DNA of 64,000 nucleotides from Clostridiales bacterium (GCA_022764045.1 JALERU010000042.1:20805-84804); one strand, 5' to 3'; positions 47,457 to 57,359 are shown, numbered from the stretch's first letter. Numbers and translations: made by a program. Notes: generated by a model from the sequence alone, not told the origin.

Positions 47457-49775
47457 TCACCGTCTCTCCAGGTGGACCGCCAAAACGGTGCCGTCGTCCT
47501 CCCCCTGGCAGATCTCCTCGCTTTGGCGGAGGATGCGCTGGGCCAGGTCGCTGGGGCTGTCTCCCCGGTAGCCGGTCATCAGATCCCGAATCCAGACGTC
47601 CTCCCGTCCGCAGAGGACGCCGTCGGTGACCATCACGATCCAGTCCCCTTTCTCCCCCCGGAACTTGTGGATGTCTGGCTTGGCCTTCTCCCCGGTGACA
47701 ATGCCCGCGGGGAGAGAGTTGCCTACGGCGCACCTGACCCGTCCTCCCCGGCAGACATAGGTGGGGGCGGCTCCCTGCTTGTGCAGGCAGCACCGGCCGG
47801 AGAAGAGGTCCACCGAGAGCAGGTCGATGGTGGTGCTCCCACCCGCTTCTCCCCGCAGGGCCAGGGCGGAGCTCACGGTCTCCACCGCCTCCTCGGGGTC
47901 CATGCCCGCCCGGAGAAAGCTCTCCATGAGCTTGGCCGCCTGGGTGCTCTCCTGGCGAGCCCCCGGGCCGGAGCCCATGCCGTCGCACAGCAGCAGGAAG
48001 AGAATCCCGTCCTCCCGGCGGAACCAAACCCCCGTGTCCCCGCTGACAGGCTCTCCCTGGCGGGGCGCCCCTGCCAGGCCGGCCGTGGCCCGGAAGGGCT
48101 CGGCCTGGGCGAAGAGGAGACGACCCTTCTCCTCCCTGTCTTCCCGCAGGGGGGTGCCCAGAACCTCCGACAGCTCCCGGCAGGCGGAGCGGGTTTTCAG
48201 CTCCTCGGTGGCGGGAACCTCCACCCGAAGGTGGCCCTCCTTGTTGTAATAGACCACCCCGCCGGTGAGGTTCATGCTTTTGAGAAATGCGGTCAGCTTT
48301 TCCTGTCGGGGCAGGTCGGGGGTCAGGCCGGTGGAGACCTCTGCGGCGGCGTTGCGCATGAGCTTGTCCATCCGCTGGTACTGGCTGCACAGGGCCAGGC
48401 GGGCCTGCTGGGTCCGCCGGAGGGCCTGCCGCCGCCGGAGAAAGGCGGTGAGCTGGCGGTTGACCTCCCCCAAAAATTCCGGGAAATGGACGCAGCGGGT
48501 GGGGAAGGGACCGGTAAAGTCTGTGGCCAGGGCCCGGCCTCGGGCCAAGATCGGGCCGGTGGCGTCGTTGAGGGCGGTCCGGGTGTCCTGGTAGTCCTTC
48601 TGCCAGCAGCCCGACCGCAGGACGCACTTGGCGCACACCTTGTCCGCCGTCTGGGTGAAAATTTCCGCCGGGTTTTCCGTGTTGTTGTCCTCGGGGTGGA
48701 GGGTTTCCTTCACGTTGCCATAGAGGGTGTGAAAGGCCGAGGCCATCTCCCCCATTTTCCGGGAGAGGGTCTGGCGGCTGGCATCTAATTCGGGGCCGCT
48801 CTCCAGCCCGGCGGCGGGAACAGCCTGTTCCTCCTCAAGGTGAAAGGGAATCACCAGGAAGAGGACCGCGCCCACCACGGCCTCCAGGAGCAGGCCCAGG
48901 TGGAGGCCTCCGTCCCAGCTCCACAGCACCGCCGCGAAGCAGGTGAGCACGTAGGCCAGGGCCGCCCAGATCTTCCGGTGATTCTTGCACAGCCCGCAGG
49001 CCAGGCCCGCCAGGGCAAAAACCATGCTGTAATAGGGCTGCTCCCCGGAGGCCAGGTCCAGGGCCACCCCGGTGCAGGCCCCGGTGAGGACGCCTCCTCT
49101 GGCCCCTCTCCGGGCGGCCAGCATCACCCCCACCGCCGCCAGGAGACGGCCCAAGGAGAAGGTCTCCAAAATCTCCACCCGGGACAGGGACATGAGCACC
49201 GTCCCCGCCAGCATCAGCAGGCCGATGGCCTGCTTGGGGCTCAGGTCCTGGGGGTGGTCCAGGGCGTCGGGCCACTGGGTGAAGATGATCCGGTAGCCGT
49301 AGGCCGCCGCCCCTGTGAAGAGGACCTCGGTGACAAAGTAGACCAGATCCTCCCCGTGCCAGCCCTCGCCCCCCCGGCAGATGATCCCCGTGAGCACGCT
49401 GAGCAGGGCCGTGATGGAGGGCATGAACCACACCCGCCGGTAGAATTTCGCGTCGTAAAAGGCAAAGGCCACCGAGTAGGTCAAAATGGCCGAGGCCGCG
49501 TAGCGCATGCCGTCGGTCATCCCCTCCAGACAGAGGTAGCCCAGGCAGGTCCCCGCCAGGGTGCAGAACCCGCTGAGCCCCGACCCGGCCGCCGCCACCG
49601 CCGCCACGCCGAAGGGGGCATAGAGCCCGAAGATCTCCGCCCCCGACAGCACAGCCCCCAGGAGGAATCCCACCCCCGCCTCCGCCAGGCCCATAAAGGC
49701 CCGCCGGGAAAGATTGACTGTGTCCCGCCGGGGAAACCGGAGCAGCCGGCCCCCCGTTCTTTCTTTCGTTGCCAT
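47457..49775 (-). CDS. spoIIE: Stage II sporulation protein E-like (multi-TM + PP2C phosphatase)
   Basis: About ten TM segments, C..CVLRSGCW central region, VSGD, CDGMGSG, TDGV, DDGTV. Confidence 0.82.
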   Translation of the reverse strand: MATKERTGGRLLRFPRRDTVNLSRRAFMGLAEAGVGFLLGAVLSGAEIFGLYAPFGVAAVAAAGSGLSGFCTLAGTCLGYLCLEGMTDGMRYAASAILTYSVAFAFYDAKFYRRVWFMPSITALLSVLTGIICRGGEGWHGEDLVYFVTEVLFTGAAAYGYRIIFTQWPDALDHPQDLSPKQAIGLLMLAGTVLMSLSRVEILETFSLGRLLAAVGVMLAARRGARGGVLTGACTGVALDLASGEQPYYSMVFALAGLACGLCKNHRKIWAALAYVLTCFAAVLWSWDGGLHLGLLLEAVVGAVLFLVIPFHLEEEQAVPAAGLESGPELDASRQTLSRKMGEMASAFHTLYGNVKETLHPEDNNTENPAEIFTQTADKVCAKCVLRSGCWQKDYQDTRTALNDATGPILARGRALATDFTGPFPTRCVHFPEFLGEVNRQLTAFLRRRQALRRTQQARLALCSQYQRMDKLMRNAAAEVSTGLTPDLPRQEKLTAFLKSMNLTGGVVYYNKEGHLRVEVPATEELKTRSACRELSEVLGTPLREDREEKGRLLFAQAEPFRATAGLAGAPRQGEPVSGDTGVWFRREDGILFLLLCDGMGSGPGARQESTQAAKLMESFLRAGMDPEEAVETVSSALALRGEAGGSTTIDLLSVDLFSGRCCLHKQGAAPTYVCRGGRVRCAVGNSLPAGIVTGEKAKPDIHKFRGEKGDWIVMVTDGVLCGREDVWIRDLMTGYRGDSPSDLAQRILRQSEEICQGEDDGTVLAVHLERR

Positions 49776-50075
49776 GGATGATCCCTCCTGTTATTTGGCT
49801 AACCTGATGGTTTATGCGTCGTGTGCTCAGATTATACCGACCAGGAGAAAAAAAGGCTGTCGGACGGTGCATGGGGAAAGAAGGGGGCTTTCCCCAGCAT
49901 TTTCCCTTGTCCCGTTTTCTTCGGGGGCAAGGAGCGGCGTTCCAGAAAAAAGGGCGGGCGAATGGTGGGGGGAAGGCGAAAAGGGTGACGGGCAATTTTT
50001 CGGAGGGATTTTGGGTGTGAAAAAAGGACAGGAGGCAAATTTCCTCCTGTCCTTTGGTTGTTTCTGTTCCCGCTG

Positions 50076-51272
50076 TTACCGGCGGCGTTGGATCTCGTCC
50101 AGCAGGTGGGCAGCCACCTCATCCTTGCCCATGAGGGGGAGCTCCTGCTCTCCGTCCTTGGTGAGGATAGTGACCACGTTGGTGTGCCCGCCGAAGCCGG
50201 CGCCGGCCACCTTCAGGTTGTTGGCCACGATCATGTCCAGCTTCTTCCGCTCCAGCTTGCCCCGGGAGTTGGCGATCATATCCCGGGTCTCCATGGAGAA
50301 GCCGCAGACGAAGAGGCCGGGATGGCGGTGCTCAGCCACCCAGCCCAGGATGTCATGGGTGCGCTCCAAGGGGATGGAGAGGTCGCTGTCGGACTTCTTC
50401 ATCTTGTCGTCAGCCACGTTGGCGGGGCGATAGTCCGCCACGGCGGCGGCTTTGATGAGGATATCCGTGGTGGGGAGGAGCTTTTGAATCTCCCCGTACA
50501 TGTCCTCGGCGGTGGTCACCGGGCGAGTCTCCACAAAGGGCACCGGGTCCAGGGCCACCTGGCCGGAGACCAGGGTTACCTGGGCCCCACGGAGCATGGC
50601 CTCCCGGGCGATGGCGTAGCCCATTTGGCCGGTGCTGTGGTTGGTGAGGTAGCGCACCGGGTCCAGGGATTCCTGGGTGGGTCCCGCGGTCACGGTCACC
50701 CGGACGCCGGCCAGGGACTTCTCCCGGGCGATCTCCCGGGCGATGTGGTCCAGCAGGACCTCGGGCTCGGGCATCTTCCCGCTGCCCACCGCCTGGCAGG
50801 CCAGCAGGCCGCTGGCCGGGGGGATGATGGCAAAGCCGTACCGGGCCAGGGTGGCGAGGTTATCTTGGGTGATGGGGTTTTCCAGCATGGCGGTGTTCAT
50901 GGCCGGGGCGATTAACTTTTTGCACTTGGCCGCCAGGATGGTGGTGGTGAGCATATCGTCGGCGATGCCGTGGGCCAGCTTGGCAATGACGTTGGCGGTG
51001 GCCGGGGCTACCAAAATCAGGTCGGCGGCGGTGGCCAGGGAGATGTGGGTGACGTCATACTGAAAATCCCGGGCAAAGGTGTCGACGACACACCGGTTGT
51101 TGGTCAGGGTCTCGAAGGTCAGGGGGGTGATGAACTGGGTGGCGTTCTGGGTCATAATGACGTGGACCTCCGCCCCCGCCTTTCGCAGGGCGCTGGCCAC
51201 GTTGGGCATCTTATAGGCCGCGATGCCGCCGGTGACACACAGCAGCACGCATTTTCCGTTCAGGTTTTCCAT
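50076..51272 (-). CDS. coaBC: Bifunctional PPC decarboxylase/synthetase
   Basis: GGIAAYK, PAMNTAM, TAGPT, NHSTGQMG, AAVADY. Confidence 0.95.
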   Translation of the reverse strand: MENLNGKCVLLCVTGGIAAYKMPNVASALRKAGAEVHVIMTQNATQFITPLTFETLTNNRCVVDTFARDFQYDVTHISLATAADLILVAPATANVIAKLAHGIADDMLTTTILAAKCKKLIAPAMNTAMLENPITQDNLATLARYGFAIIPPASGLLACQAVGSGKMPEPEVLLDHIAREIAREKSLAGVRVTVTAGPTQESLDPVRYLTNHSTGQMGYAIAREAMLRGAQVTLVSGQVALDPVPFVETRPVTTAEDMYGEIQKLLPTTDILIKAAAVADYRPANVADDKMKKSDSDLSIPLERTHDILGWVAEHRHPGLFVCGFSMETRDMIANSRGKLERKKLDMIVANNLKVAGAGFGGHTNVVTILTKDGEQELPLMGKDEVAAHLLDEIQRRR

Positions 51273-51404
51273 GGATCTGTCTCCGTTCTCGCCGGGACGG
51301 CGGTGTTCTCCTGGGGGCGCGTCTCCCCGAAAAGGCCCCGCGCCAGGCGGGCCAAATCCTCAAACGGCTGACCGCTCGGCGCGGGTGTGGGGTCTTTTTG
51401 TGCT

Positions 51405-51806
51405 TTAGTCCAGGGGCTGGTCCTTCAGCAGGCCGTGTTTCTCATAGGTGCTGATGCGGACGGGCTTGTTGGCGTCGTCCACAAAGACCACGGTGGGGTG
51501 GTAGTTGTTCTTGACCTCCTCAGGGGTCATCTGGGCGTAGGACATGATGATGATCTTGTCCCCGGTGCTGACGCAGCGGGCGGCGGCGCCGTTGAGGCAA
51601 ATCATGCCCGAGCCCCGCTCGCCGGCGATGGTGTAGGTCTCAAAGCGGCTGCCGTTGTCGATGTCCACAATCTGGACCTTTTCGTACTCCAGGATGCCGG
51701 CGGCGTCCAGCAGGTCCATATCCACGGTGATGGACCCCACATAGTTGAGCTCCGCCTGGACCACAGTGGCCCGATGAATCTTTCCTTTCAGCATTTCCAT
51801 TGTCAT
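51405..51806 (-). CDS. panD: Aspartate 1-decarboxylase
   Basis: KIHRATV, YVGSIT self-cleavage site, CLNGAAAR. Confidence 0.95.
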   Translation of the reverse strand: MTMEMLKGKIHRATVVQAELNYVGSITVDMDLLDAAGILEYEKVQIVDIDNGSRFETYTIAGERGSGMICLNGAAARCVSTGDKIIIMSYAQMTPEEVKNNYHPTVVFVDDANKPVRISTYEKHGLLKDQPLD

Positions 51807-51808
51807 GG

Positions 51809-52660
51809 TTATTTCCCCTCCACGATAAAGTTGTCGATCAGTCGGGTCTTTCCAATGTAAACAGCCATGGCCACCAGAACCGTGCCCTGGATCTGGCTGA
51901 CCGGGTCCATGGTGACGCCGTCCACGGCGGAGACGTAGTCGATCTTCGCCAGGGGCTCGGCGGCAATGTGGGCGGTCATGGCTGCCACAATCTTGTCTGC
52001 GTCGGTCTCTCCCTGCTCCGCCATCTTCTGGCCCAGGAACACGGCCTGGGACAGGACCAGGGCGGCCTTGCGCTCTTCGGGGTTCAGATAGGTGTTGCGG
52101 GAGGACTTGGCCAGGCCGTCCGCCTCCCGGACAATGGGACATCCCACGATCTCAATGCCATAGGACAGATCCCGCACCATCCGGCGGATGATGGCCAGCT
52201 GCTGGGCGTCCTTCTGGCCGAAGAACGCTTTGTCGGGGGTTACAATGTTAAAGAGCTTAGAGACCACCGTGCACACGCCACGGAAGTGGATGGGCCGGGT
52301 CTTGCCGCATAGCTGCTTGGGCATGTCGGAGAGGATCTCCACATAGGTGGCGGCGCCGGGGGCGTACATCTCCTCCACAGAGGGGTAGAAAACCATGGCG
52401 CAGCCGTGCTCCTCCAGCAGGGCGCAGTCCCGGTCAAAGTCCCGGGGATAGGCTTCCAGGTCCTCGTTGGGGCCAAACTGGGTGGGGTTGACAAAGTCGG
52501 AGGCCACCACCCGGTCACACTGGCGCACGGCCTCGTCTACCAGGCTGGCGTGGCCCTCGTGAAGGTAGCCCATGGTGGGGACCAAGCCCACGGTGAGGCC
52601 CTCCTTCTTCCAGGCCGCTACCTGGGCCCGGACCTCTTCAATGGTCGTTGCAATGATCAT
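51809..52660 (-). CDS. panC: Pantoate--beta-alanine ligase
   Basis: [35 protein letters not shown]. Confidence 0.96.
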   Translation of the reverse strand: MIIATTIEEVRAQVAAWKKEGLTVGLVPTMGYLHEGHASLVDEAVRQCDRVVASDFVNPTQFGPNEDLEAYPRDFDRDCALLEEHGCAMVFYPSVEEMYAPGAATYVEILSDMPKQLCGKTRPIHFRGVCTVVSKLFNIVTPDKAFFGQKDAQQLAIIRRMVRDLSYGIEIVGCPIVREADGLAKSSRNTYLNPEERKAALVLSQAVFLGQKMAEQGETDADKIVAAMTAHIAAEPLAKIDYVSAVDGVTMDPVSQIQGTVLVAMAVYIGKTRLIDNFIVEGK

Positions 52661-52720
52661 AGCTCATTTCCTCACAATATATAAAATAGCGGTAAGCCGT
52701 TTTCCCTTGTTCTCAAATGA

Positions 52721-52885
52721 CTCATACTATCATTCGATAAAAAGTAGACTTTGCAAAAGGCTACTTTTTATAGCACCACAGGTGCGTCGAATGATGTATG
52801 AGACGTCTTTTCAGCGGCAAAGCCGCTGAAAAGTGCAACGCGTTCGCGTTGCTGATTCCATAAAAATCTTGTTTTTATGGAATCA
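52721..52885. other. AT-rich multi-hairpin insert between panB and panC
   Basis: Six inverted repeats within about 165 bp. Confidence 0.6.
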
Positions 52886-52890
52886 TAGTA

Positions 52891-53748
52891 TCAGCGGTTG
52901 CCGCCGGGATTGCCGCCGTACAGCTGCGTCAAAAACTCATCGGAGCAGTCGCTCTTCACGAAGGACTCCTGGGGGCTGGGGAAGGTACCCGCCTTCACCT
53001 CCTGGTCATAGGCCCGGCAGGCATCCTGGAAGGCCTGGCCCACCTGGCCAAAGGTCCGGGCAAACTTGGGCTTCCAGTCGCCCATGCCCATCATGTCCTG
53101 CCACACCAGCACCTGGCCGTCGCAGCCGTTGCCGGCGCCGATGCCGATGGTGATCATGGAGGTCTTTTGGGTCACCAGGGCCGCCAGCTTGGGGGGCACG
53201 CACTCCAGCACCACCATGAAGGCCCCGGCAGCCTCCACCGCCGCGGCGTTTTCCAGCAGCCGGCGGGCCTCGGCCTCGCCCTTGCCCTGGACCTTAAAGC
53301 CGCCCAGGCAGTTGTGGGACTGGGGGGTCAGGCCGATGTGGGCGCAGACGGGGATGCCGCTGGCAGTGATGGCCCGGATCTGGTCGCAGACCTCCTTGCC
53401 CCCCTCCAGCTTCACGGCGTTGGCGCCGCACTCCTTCATCAGGCGGCCGGCGTTGGCCACAGCCTGCTCCACAGACACCTGGTAGCTCATAAAGGGCATA
53501 TCCAACACCACGAAGGCATTCTCGCAGGCCCGGCACACGCTGCGGCCATAGACAATCATCTCTTCCATGGTGACAGGAATGGTGTCCGCGTAGCCCTGCA
53601 TGGTCATGCCCAGGCTGTCGCCCACCAGAATGGTGTTGATCCCGCACTGGTCCATCAGGCGGGCGGTGGTGTAATCGTAACAGGTCAGCTGAGAGATTTT
53701 TTCTCCTCTGGCCTTCATCTCGGCCAGCGTGACAACAGTGTTCTTCAT
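52891..53748 (-). CDS. panB: 3-methyl-2-oxobutanoate hydroxymethyltransferase
   Basis: LTCYD, LVGDSLG, VKLEGG, HIGLTPQ, IGIGAG...DGQVLV. Confidence 0.95.
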   Translation of the reverse strand: MKNTVVTLAEMKARGEKISQLTCYDYTTARLMDQCGINTILVGDSLGMTMQGYADTIPVTMEEMIVYGRSVCRACENAFVVLDMPFMSYQVSVEQAVANAGRLMKECGANAVKLEGGKEVCDQIRAITASGIPVCAHIGLTPQSHNCLGGFKVQGKGEAEARRLLENAAAVEAAGAFMVVLECVPPKLAALVTQKTSMITIGIGAGNGCDGQVLVWQDMMGMGDWKPKFARTFGQVGQAFQDACRAYDQEVKAGTFPSPQESFVKSDCSDEFLTQLYGGNPGGNR

Positions 53749-54605
53749 GTCCTCGATCCTTCCTCTAATAGTTCCTTCATGGGGTGATAGGCAATGTCCG
53801 GGTGCTTTTCCTCTGCCAACTGCACCAGCCTTCTGGAGGCCGCCCGGTACAGTTGCCGGCTGCCGCCCTTTGGCAGGCAGGCCAGATGCTTGGCCACGGT
53901 GGCCGTGTCCCCCCGCTCCACAGGGCCGGTGAGGGCGTCCCGGGGCCCGTCCTGGATCAGATGCTCCAGGTTGGCCCGCATCAGGGGGGCCAGGGCCGAC
54001 AGGGCCTCCTGCTGGGAAAAGCCGCAGCCGGCCAGCAGGTCCACACTCTCTTTCACCAGGGCGCACACCAGATTACTGGCAATGGCGCAGGCAGCGTGAT
54101 AAGCCACCTTCCCCTGGCTGGGGATTCTCCGCACCGTGGCGCCCAGAGCGCCCAAGGTATCCTCCCACCAGGACAGGTGGGGGCCATGGCCCTCCAGGCA
54201 GAAAAAAGCACCCGGTAATTCCCGCCAAGCAGCATATTTGTCGCTGATGGGGAACAACGGGTGGATCGAATAGTGGTCAGCGCCGGTCTCCTCCACCCCG
54301 GGAAAGGCCTCCCGGGCGGTCATGGCGCCGCTGCAATGACAAATTTGTTTTCCTGTCAGGTCAAACTCCCTCAACTGCTGAAAGACTGAGGAAATCGCTC
54401 CATCCGGAACGGTTAAAAATAACGCGTCACTCGCCCGAACCAATGCCCCTAAGGACTCGTACCATTTCGTGCCAGTCATTTGCGCCGCTTCCTGGGCCGA
54501 TCCTGGGTGCCGGCTGTAATAGCCGGTCACGGGGATGCCGCCCTGGGCGAAAAACATACCCAAGGAGAAGCCAACTTTTCCCGCTCCAATGAATCCAATC
54601 TTCAT
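53745..54605 (-). CDS. Rossmann + DUF2520 oxidoreductase (PanG-like ketopantoate reductase candidate)
   Basis: IGAGKVG, CHCSG, SIHPL, YHAAC..ASN, ALTGPVERGD; first gene of the pan operon. Confidence 0.8.
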   Translation of the reverse strand: MKIGFIGAGKVGFSLGMFFAQGGIPVTGYYSRHPGSAQEAAQMTGTKWYESLGALVRASDALFLTVPDGAISSVFQQLREFDLTGKQICHCSGAMTAREAFPGVEETGADHYSIHPLFPISDKYAAWRELPGAFFCLEGHGPHLSWWEDTLGALGATVRRIPSQGKVAYHAACAIASNLVCALVKESVDLLAGCGFSQQEALSALAPLMRANLEHLIQDGPRDALTGPVERGDTATVAKHLACLPKGGSRQLYRAASRRLVQLAEEKHPDIAYHPMKELLEEGSRT

Positions 54606-54621
54606 CCGATCACCTTGCTTT

Positions 54622-54724
54622 CCAAACGCAGAGGCAGGGTGACGCGATGGGGTTCCGTGCCGGAGCAGCGGACCCACAGGAACTATGCCGGTACAGTTTC
54701 CTACTCGGAATACCATCCGTTTGG
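54622..54724 (-). promoter_or_regulatory. Structured 5' leader of the pan operon (pan-motif-like)
   Basis: Two tandem bulged hairpins with the same apical TGY-NCCG-GCA, closed by a ccaaacg/cgtttgg stem. Confidence 0.55.
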
Positions 54725-54943
54725 GGCCAGCGTGCAGCCAAAAAGGCATACGCCGGCCAACGCGGCTATTGTATCATCCACGCCCCCAAAAGTAAAGGCT
54801 TCTCCTTTCCATTTTCCCAGGCCGACTGCACAACATTTTCCCACCTTTTTCGGGCACTTTCCACAAAAACACCCCGGAGCGGCCGGTTTGAACCAGTCAC
54901 TCCGGGGTAGGTGGAATTGTTTCTTGGGTCGCCGGGGACGTCT

Positions 54944-55279
54944 TTACGCCCGTCCCGGGGTGTACCGCTTGTCCAGGGTGTGGCGGAAGGTCTCCCTTCC
55001 CTCGTCCCCGGTGGTGCCACGGAGCAGGGATGCGCCCCCATAGCGCAGGCACCGGTGAATCCGGGCCTCTCCCCGCTTCATGGTCCGGGAGACCGTGGTC
55101 CGGTCGATGCCCAGCAGCTCGCCGATCTCCCGCATGTTCAGCCCCTGGTCATAGTAGAGAAACAAAATCTGCCGCTGACGGGGGGTCACTTCCTCCCGCA
55201 GAGCCTGGGCCAGGTCCCGGCGGAGCTGTTGGAGCTGCCCCCCGTTGTCCTGGGCCATGAGGCGGGTGTAAACCGTCAT
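54944..55279 (-). CDS. Sigma-70 region-4-type HTH protein
   Basis: TPRQRQILFLYYDQGLNMREIGELLGIDRTTVSRTMKRG. Confidence 0.75.
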   Translation of the reverse strand: MTVYTRLMAQDNGGQLQQLRRDLAQALREEVTPRQRQILFLYYDQGLNMREIGELLGIDRTTVSRTMKRGEARIHRCLRYGGASLLRGTTGDEGRETFRHTLDKRYTPGRA

Positions 55280-55304
55280 GTCCGCCCCCAGGTTTCTTCC
55301 CTTT

Positions 55305-55538
55305 CTATAACGTGTACCTTGCATTGCGGCGATACCCCCTCTCGTAATAGCGCTCCAGCAGCACCGCCTGGTCCCGGGCCTCCCGCCAAAGGGTGTCCAG
55401 GGCCCAGATGCGCACCTGAAGCTTCTCCTGTTCCACCGGGTCCCGGGCTGCCCGGCGGGCGGCCTCCAGTTCCTTGATCCGTCCCCGCAGCACCTGGGCC
55501 TGGGCCCGGTACTCCACGGACATCTCCTGTAATGTCAT
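55305..55538 (-). CDS. Small coiled-coil hypothetical protein
   Basis: GGAGG RBS before MTLQEMS; the frame stays open upstream to GTG 55739 with a CxxC...CxxC segment. Confidence 0.6.
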   Translation of the reverse strand: MTLQEMSVEYRAQAQVLRGRIKELEAARRAARDPVEQEKLQVRIWALDTLWREARDQAVLLERYYERGYRRNARYTL

Positions 55539-55769
55539 AGCATCCTCCTCTCGTTTTCGCTCCCTCCGGCGGCATCGAAGGCAGAGGCCTCCCTCCGCCG
55601 GCGGGTCGTAAGTATACTGCTCCTGTCCGCAGCCCTGGCAGATAAACCGGGGCTCCTCCCGCTGCCGGTCCCGGAAAGGGTAGTTTGCTCGTATGTTTCC
55701 TCTCGTCGCCGTCCTCCTTTTCCCTCTTCCCCACTCCACAAAAAATCCCTCATTTTTTCAAAAAAGTGC

Positions 55770-55798
55770 TTGACAAATTCCCGGCCATCTGTTAAAGT
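55770..55798 (+). promoter_or_regulatory. Sigma-A promoter of the tRNA pair
   Basis: TTGACA-17-TGtTAAAGT. Confidence 0.7.
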
Positions 55799-55824
55799 AA
55801 TCTTCGCTGCGGATGAGTGCCTAC

Positions 55825-55900
55825 GCTGGTGTAGCTCAGTTGGTAGAGCAGCTGATTTGTAATCAGCAGGTCGGGGGTTCGAGTCCGTCCACCAGCTCCA
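55825..55900 (+). tRNA. tRNA-Thr(TGT)
   Basis: 76-nt cloverleaf, anticodon loop TTTGTAA, encoded CCA. Confidence 0.96.
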
Positions 55901-55909
55901 ATTTCATAT

Positions 55910-55994
55910 GGAGGAGTTCCCGAGTGGCCAAAGGGGGCAGACTGTAAATCTGTTGTCGACGACTTCGATGGTTCGAATCCATCCTCCTCCACCA
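55910..55994 (+). tRNA. tRNA-Tyr(GTA)
   Basis: 85-nt cloverleaf with long variable arm, anticodon loop CTGTAAA, encoded CCA. Confidence 0.96.
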
Positions 55995-56033
55995 AAACAA
56001 TGTGAATGGCTTTGTCGTTCACATTGTTTTTTT
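55995..56033 (+). terminator. Intrinsic terminator
   Basis: aaacaatgtgaa / ttcacattgttt followed by a T run. Confidence 0.75.
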
Positions 56034-56229
56034 ATTCCGCCAAAACTTCCTTACGTCAGACGCCTGTCCCCTCTCGATTTTAGAACATGCGTTCTACTCA
56101 AATCATAGCACGATCCCCTTTTTCCTGTCAACGCGCTCCCCTCCCCACCCAAAAAGTCCGCTCCAATTTTATGGACAAGTGTACGTTAAAGAAAATTATC
56201 TTCCCGGAAACCAGAAAGAGCAGGGTAGC

Positions 56230-56545
56230 CGCATTGAAACTTTGGGGTGGGTGCGTCTATTACCCACGCCGAGAAATCCTCAACGCTCACCCTCATCCGA
56301 CCCGGCTTCGCCGGCCCACCTTCAGAGCAAAGGAATTTTTTGATTTGATCTCCAACTGTCCCCCGGACAGTTGGACCCCCAGGGGAAGGCGATTGGCATA
56401 TCCTGTATGGCTTACTGTAGAAAACTACCGTAGCACCCCCCCAACGTAGCCTAATAGCGTAGGCTTCCCCTCGGGGGGAAGCTGTCAGCGCAGCTGACTG
56501 ATGAGGGGGCGATTTCGTAGTATCGGCGGGTAGAAGAATACGGTT
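56230..56545. repeat. REP-like unit with internal insertion
   Basis: ccctcatccgacccggcttcgccgg...[insert]...aggggaaggcgattggca and ggcttcccctcgggggga...gatgaggggg. Confidence 0.85.
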
Positions 56546-56753
56546 TTTGCCGAAGCGTATCACCTTTCCTCCTCCCCTCTCCCCCTCGGGCAAGGGCCAC
56601 AAAATACCGGGGAGATTCCTTAGGATTACGCTGACCGGGCGATAGAGGAAATCCGCTGCCCTGCCCAGAAAACTTTTCCCATTGCTTTTTCCCCCATCCT
56701 TTGTCATAATGAGAACAGAAAGCGACACAATCCACTGAGAAGGAGTGCGTTCC

Positions 56754-57347
56754 ATGAAACAGACGATCATTTCCCTGGGCCGGCAGGTGGGCAGCGGCGG
56801 CCACAAGATCGCGGCCGCCCTGGCCCAACGACTTTCCCTGCCCCTGTATGACAAAAACCTGATCGCCGAGATCGCCGCCCAGCGGGACCTGGACCCCAGC
56901 GTCCTGCGCCAATACGAAGAAGCTCCCAAGAATCCCTTCCTCTCCCGAAGCGTCCGTGGGCTCAGCAACTCCGCCCAGGCCGGGTTAGCCAGCATGCAGT
57001 TCCGCTTTTTGCGGGAAAAGGCCGCCAGCGGCGAATCCTTCCTGATCCTGGGCCGCTGCTCCGACTATATCCTGCGGGAATACGAGGGGCTCATCTCCAT
57101 TTTCGTCAGCGGTGATTTGGAGGACCGGGTGGCCAGCATCCAGCAGGCCCATGGCTTCTCCCAGGAGGAGGCCTTGGACTTCATCCGCACCGGCGACAAA
57201 CGCCGGGCAACCTATCACAGCGAGCACTGCCCCACCCAGTGGGGCCACGGCGACGCCTATGACCTGACCATCAACTCCTCCCGCTTAGGGCTGGAAGGAA
57301 CCACCGACTTTTTGGCCGAGTACCTCCGCCGACGCATGGAGAAGTAA
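56754..57347 (+). CDS. Cytidylate kinase-like family protein
   Basis: ISLGRQVGSGG, YDKNLI, ILGRCSDY, DKRRATY, YDLTINS. Confidence 0.88.
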   Translation: MKQTIISLGRQVGSGGHKIAAALAQRLSLPLYDKNLIAEIAAQRDLDPSVLRQYEEAPKNPFLSRSVRGLSNSAQAGLASMQFRFLREKAASGESFLILGRCSDYILREYEGLISIFVSGDLEDRVASIQQAHGFSQEEALDFIRTGDKRRATYHSEHCPTQWGHGDAYDLTINSSRLGLEGTTDFLAEYLRRRMEK

Positions 57348-57359
57348 CCCCCCACGCAA

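Noticed and set aside
51273-51404. Riboswitch between panD and coaBC
   Set aside because: GC-rich with an imperfect long hairpin but no recognisable aptamer consensus; cannot be supported without folding and alignment.
55792-56108. Short ORFs over the tRNA genes
   Set aside because: They overlap clear tRNA cloverleaves.
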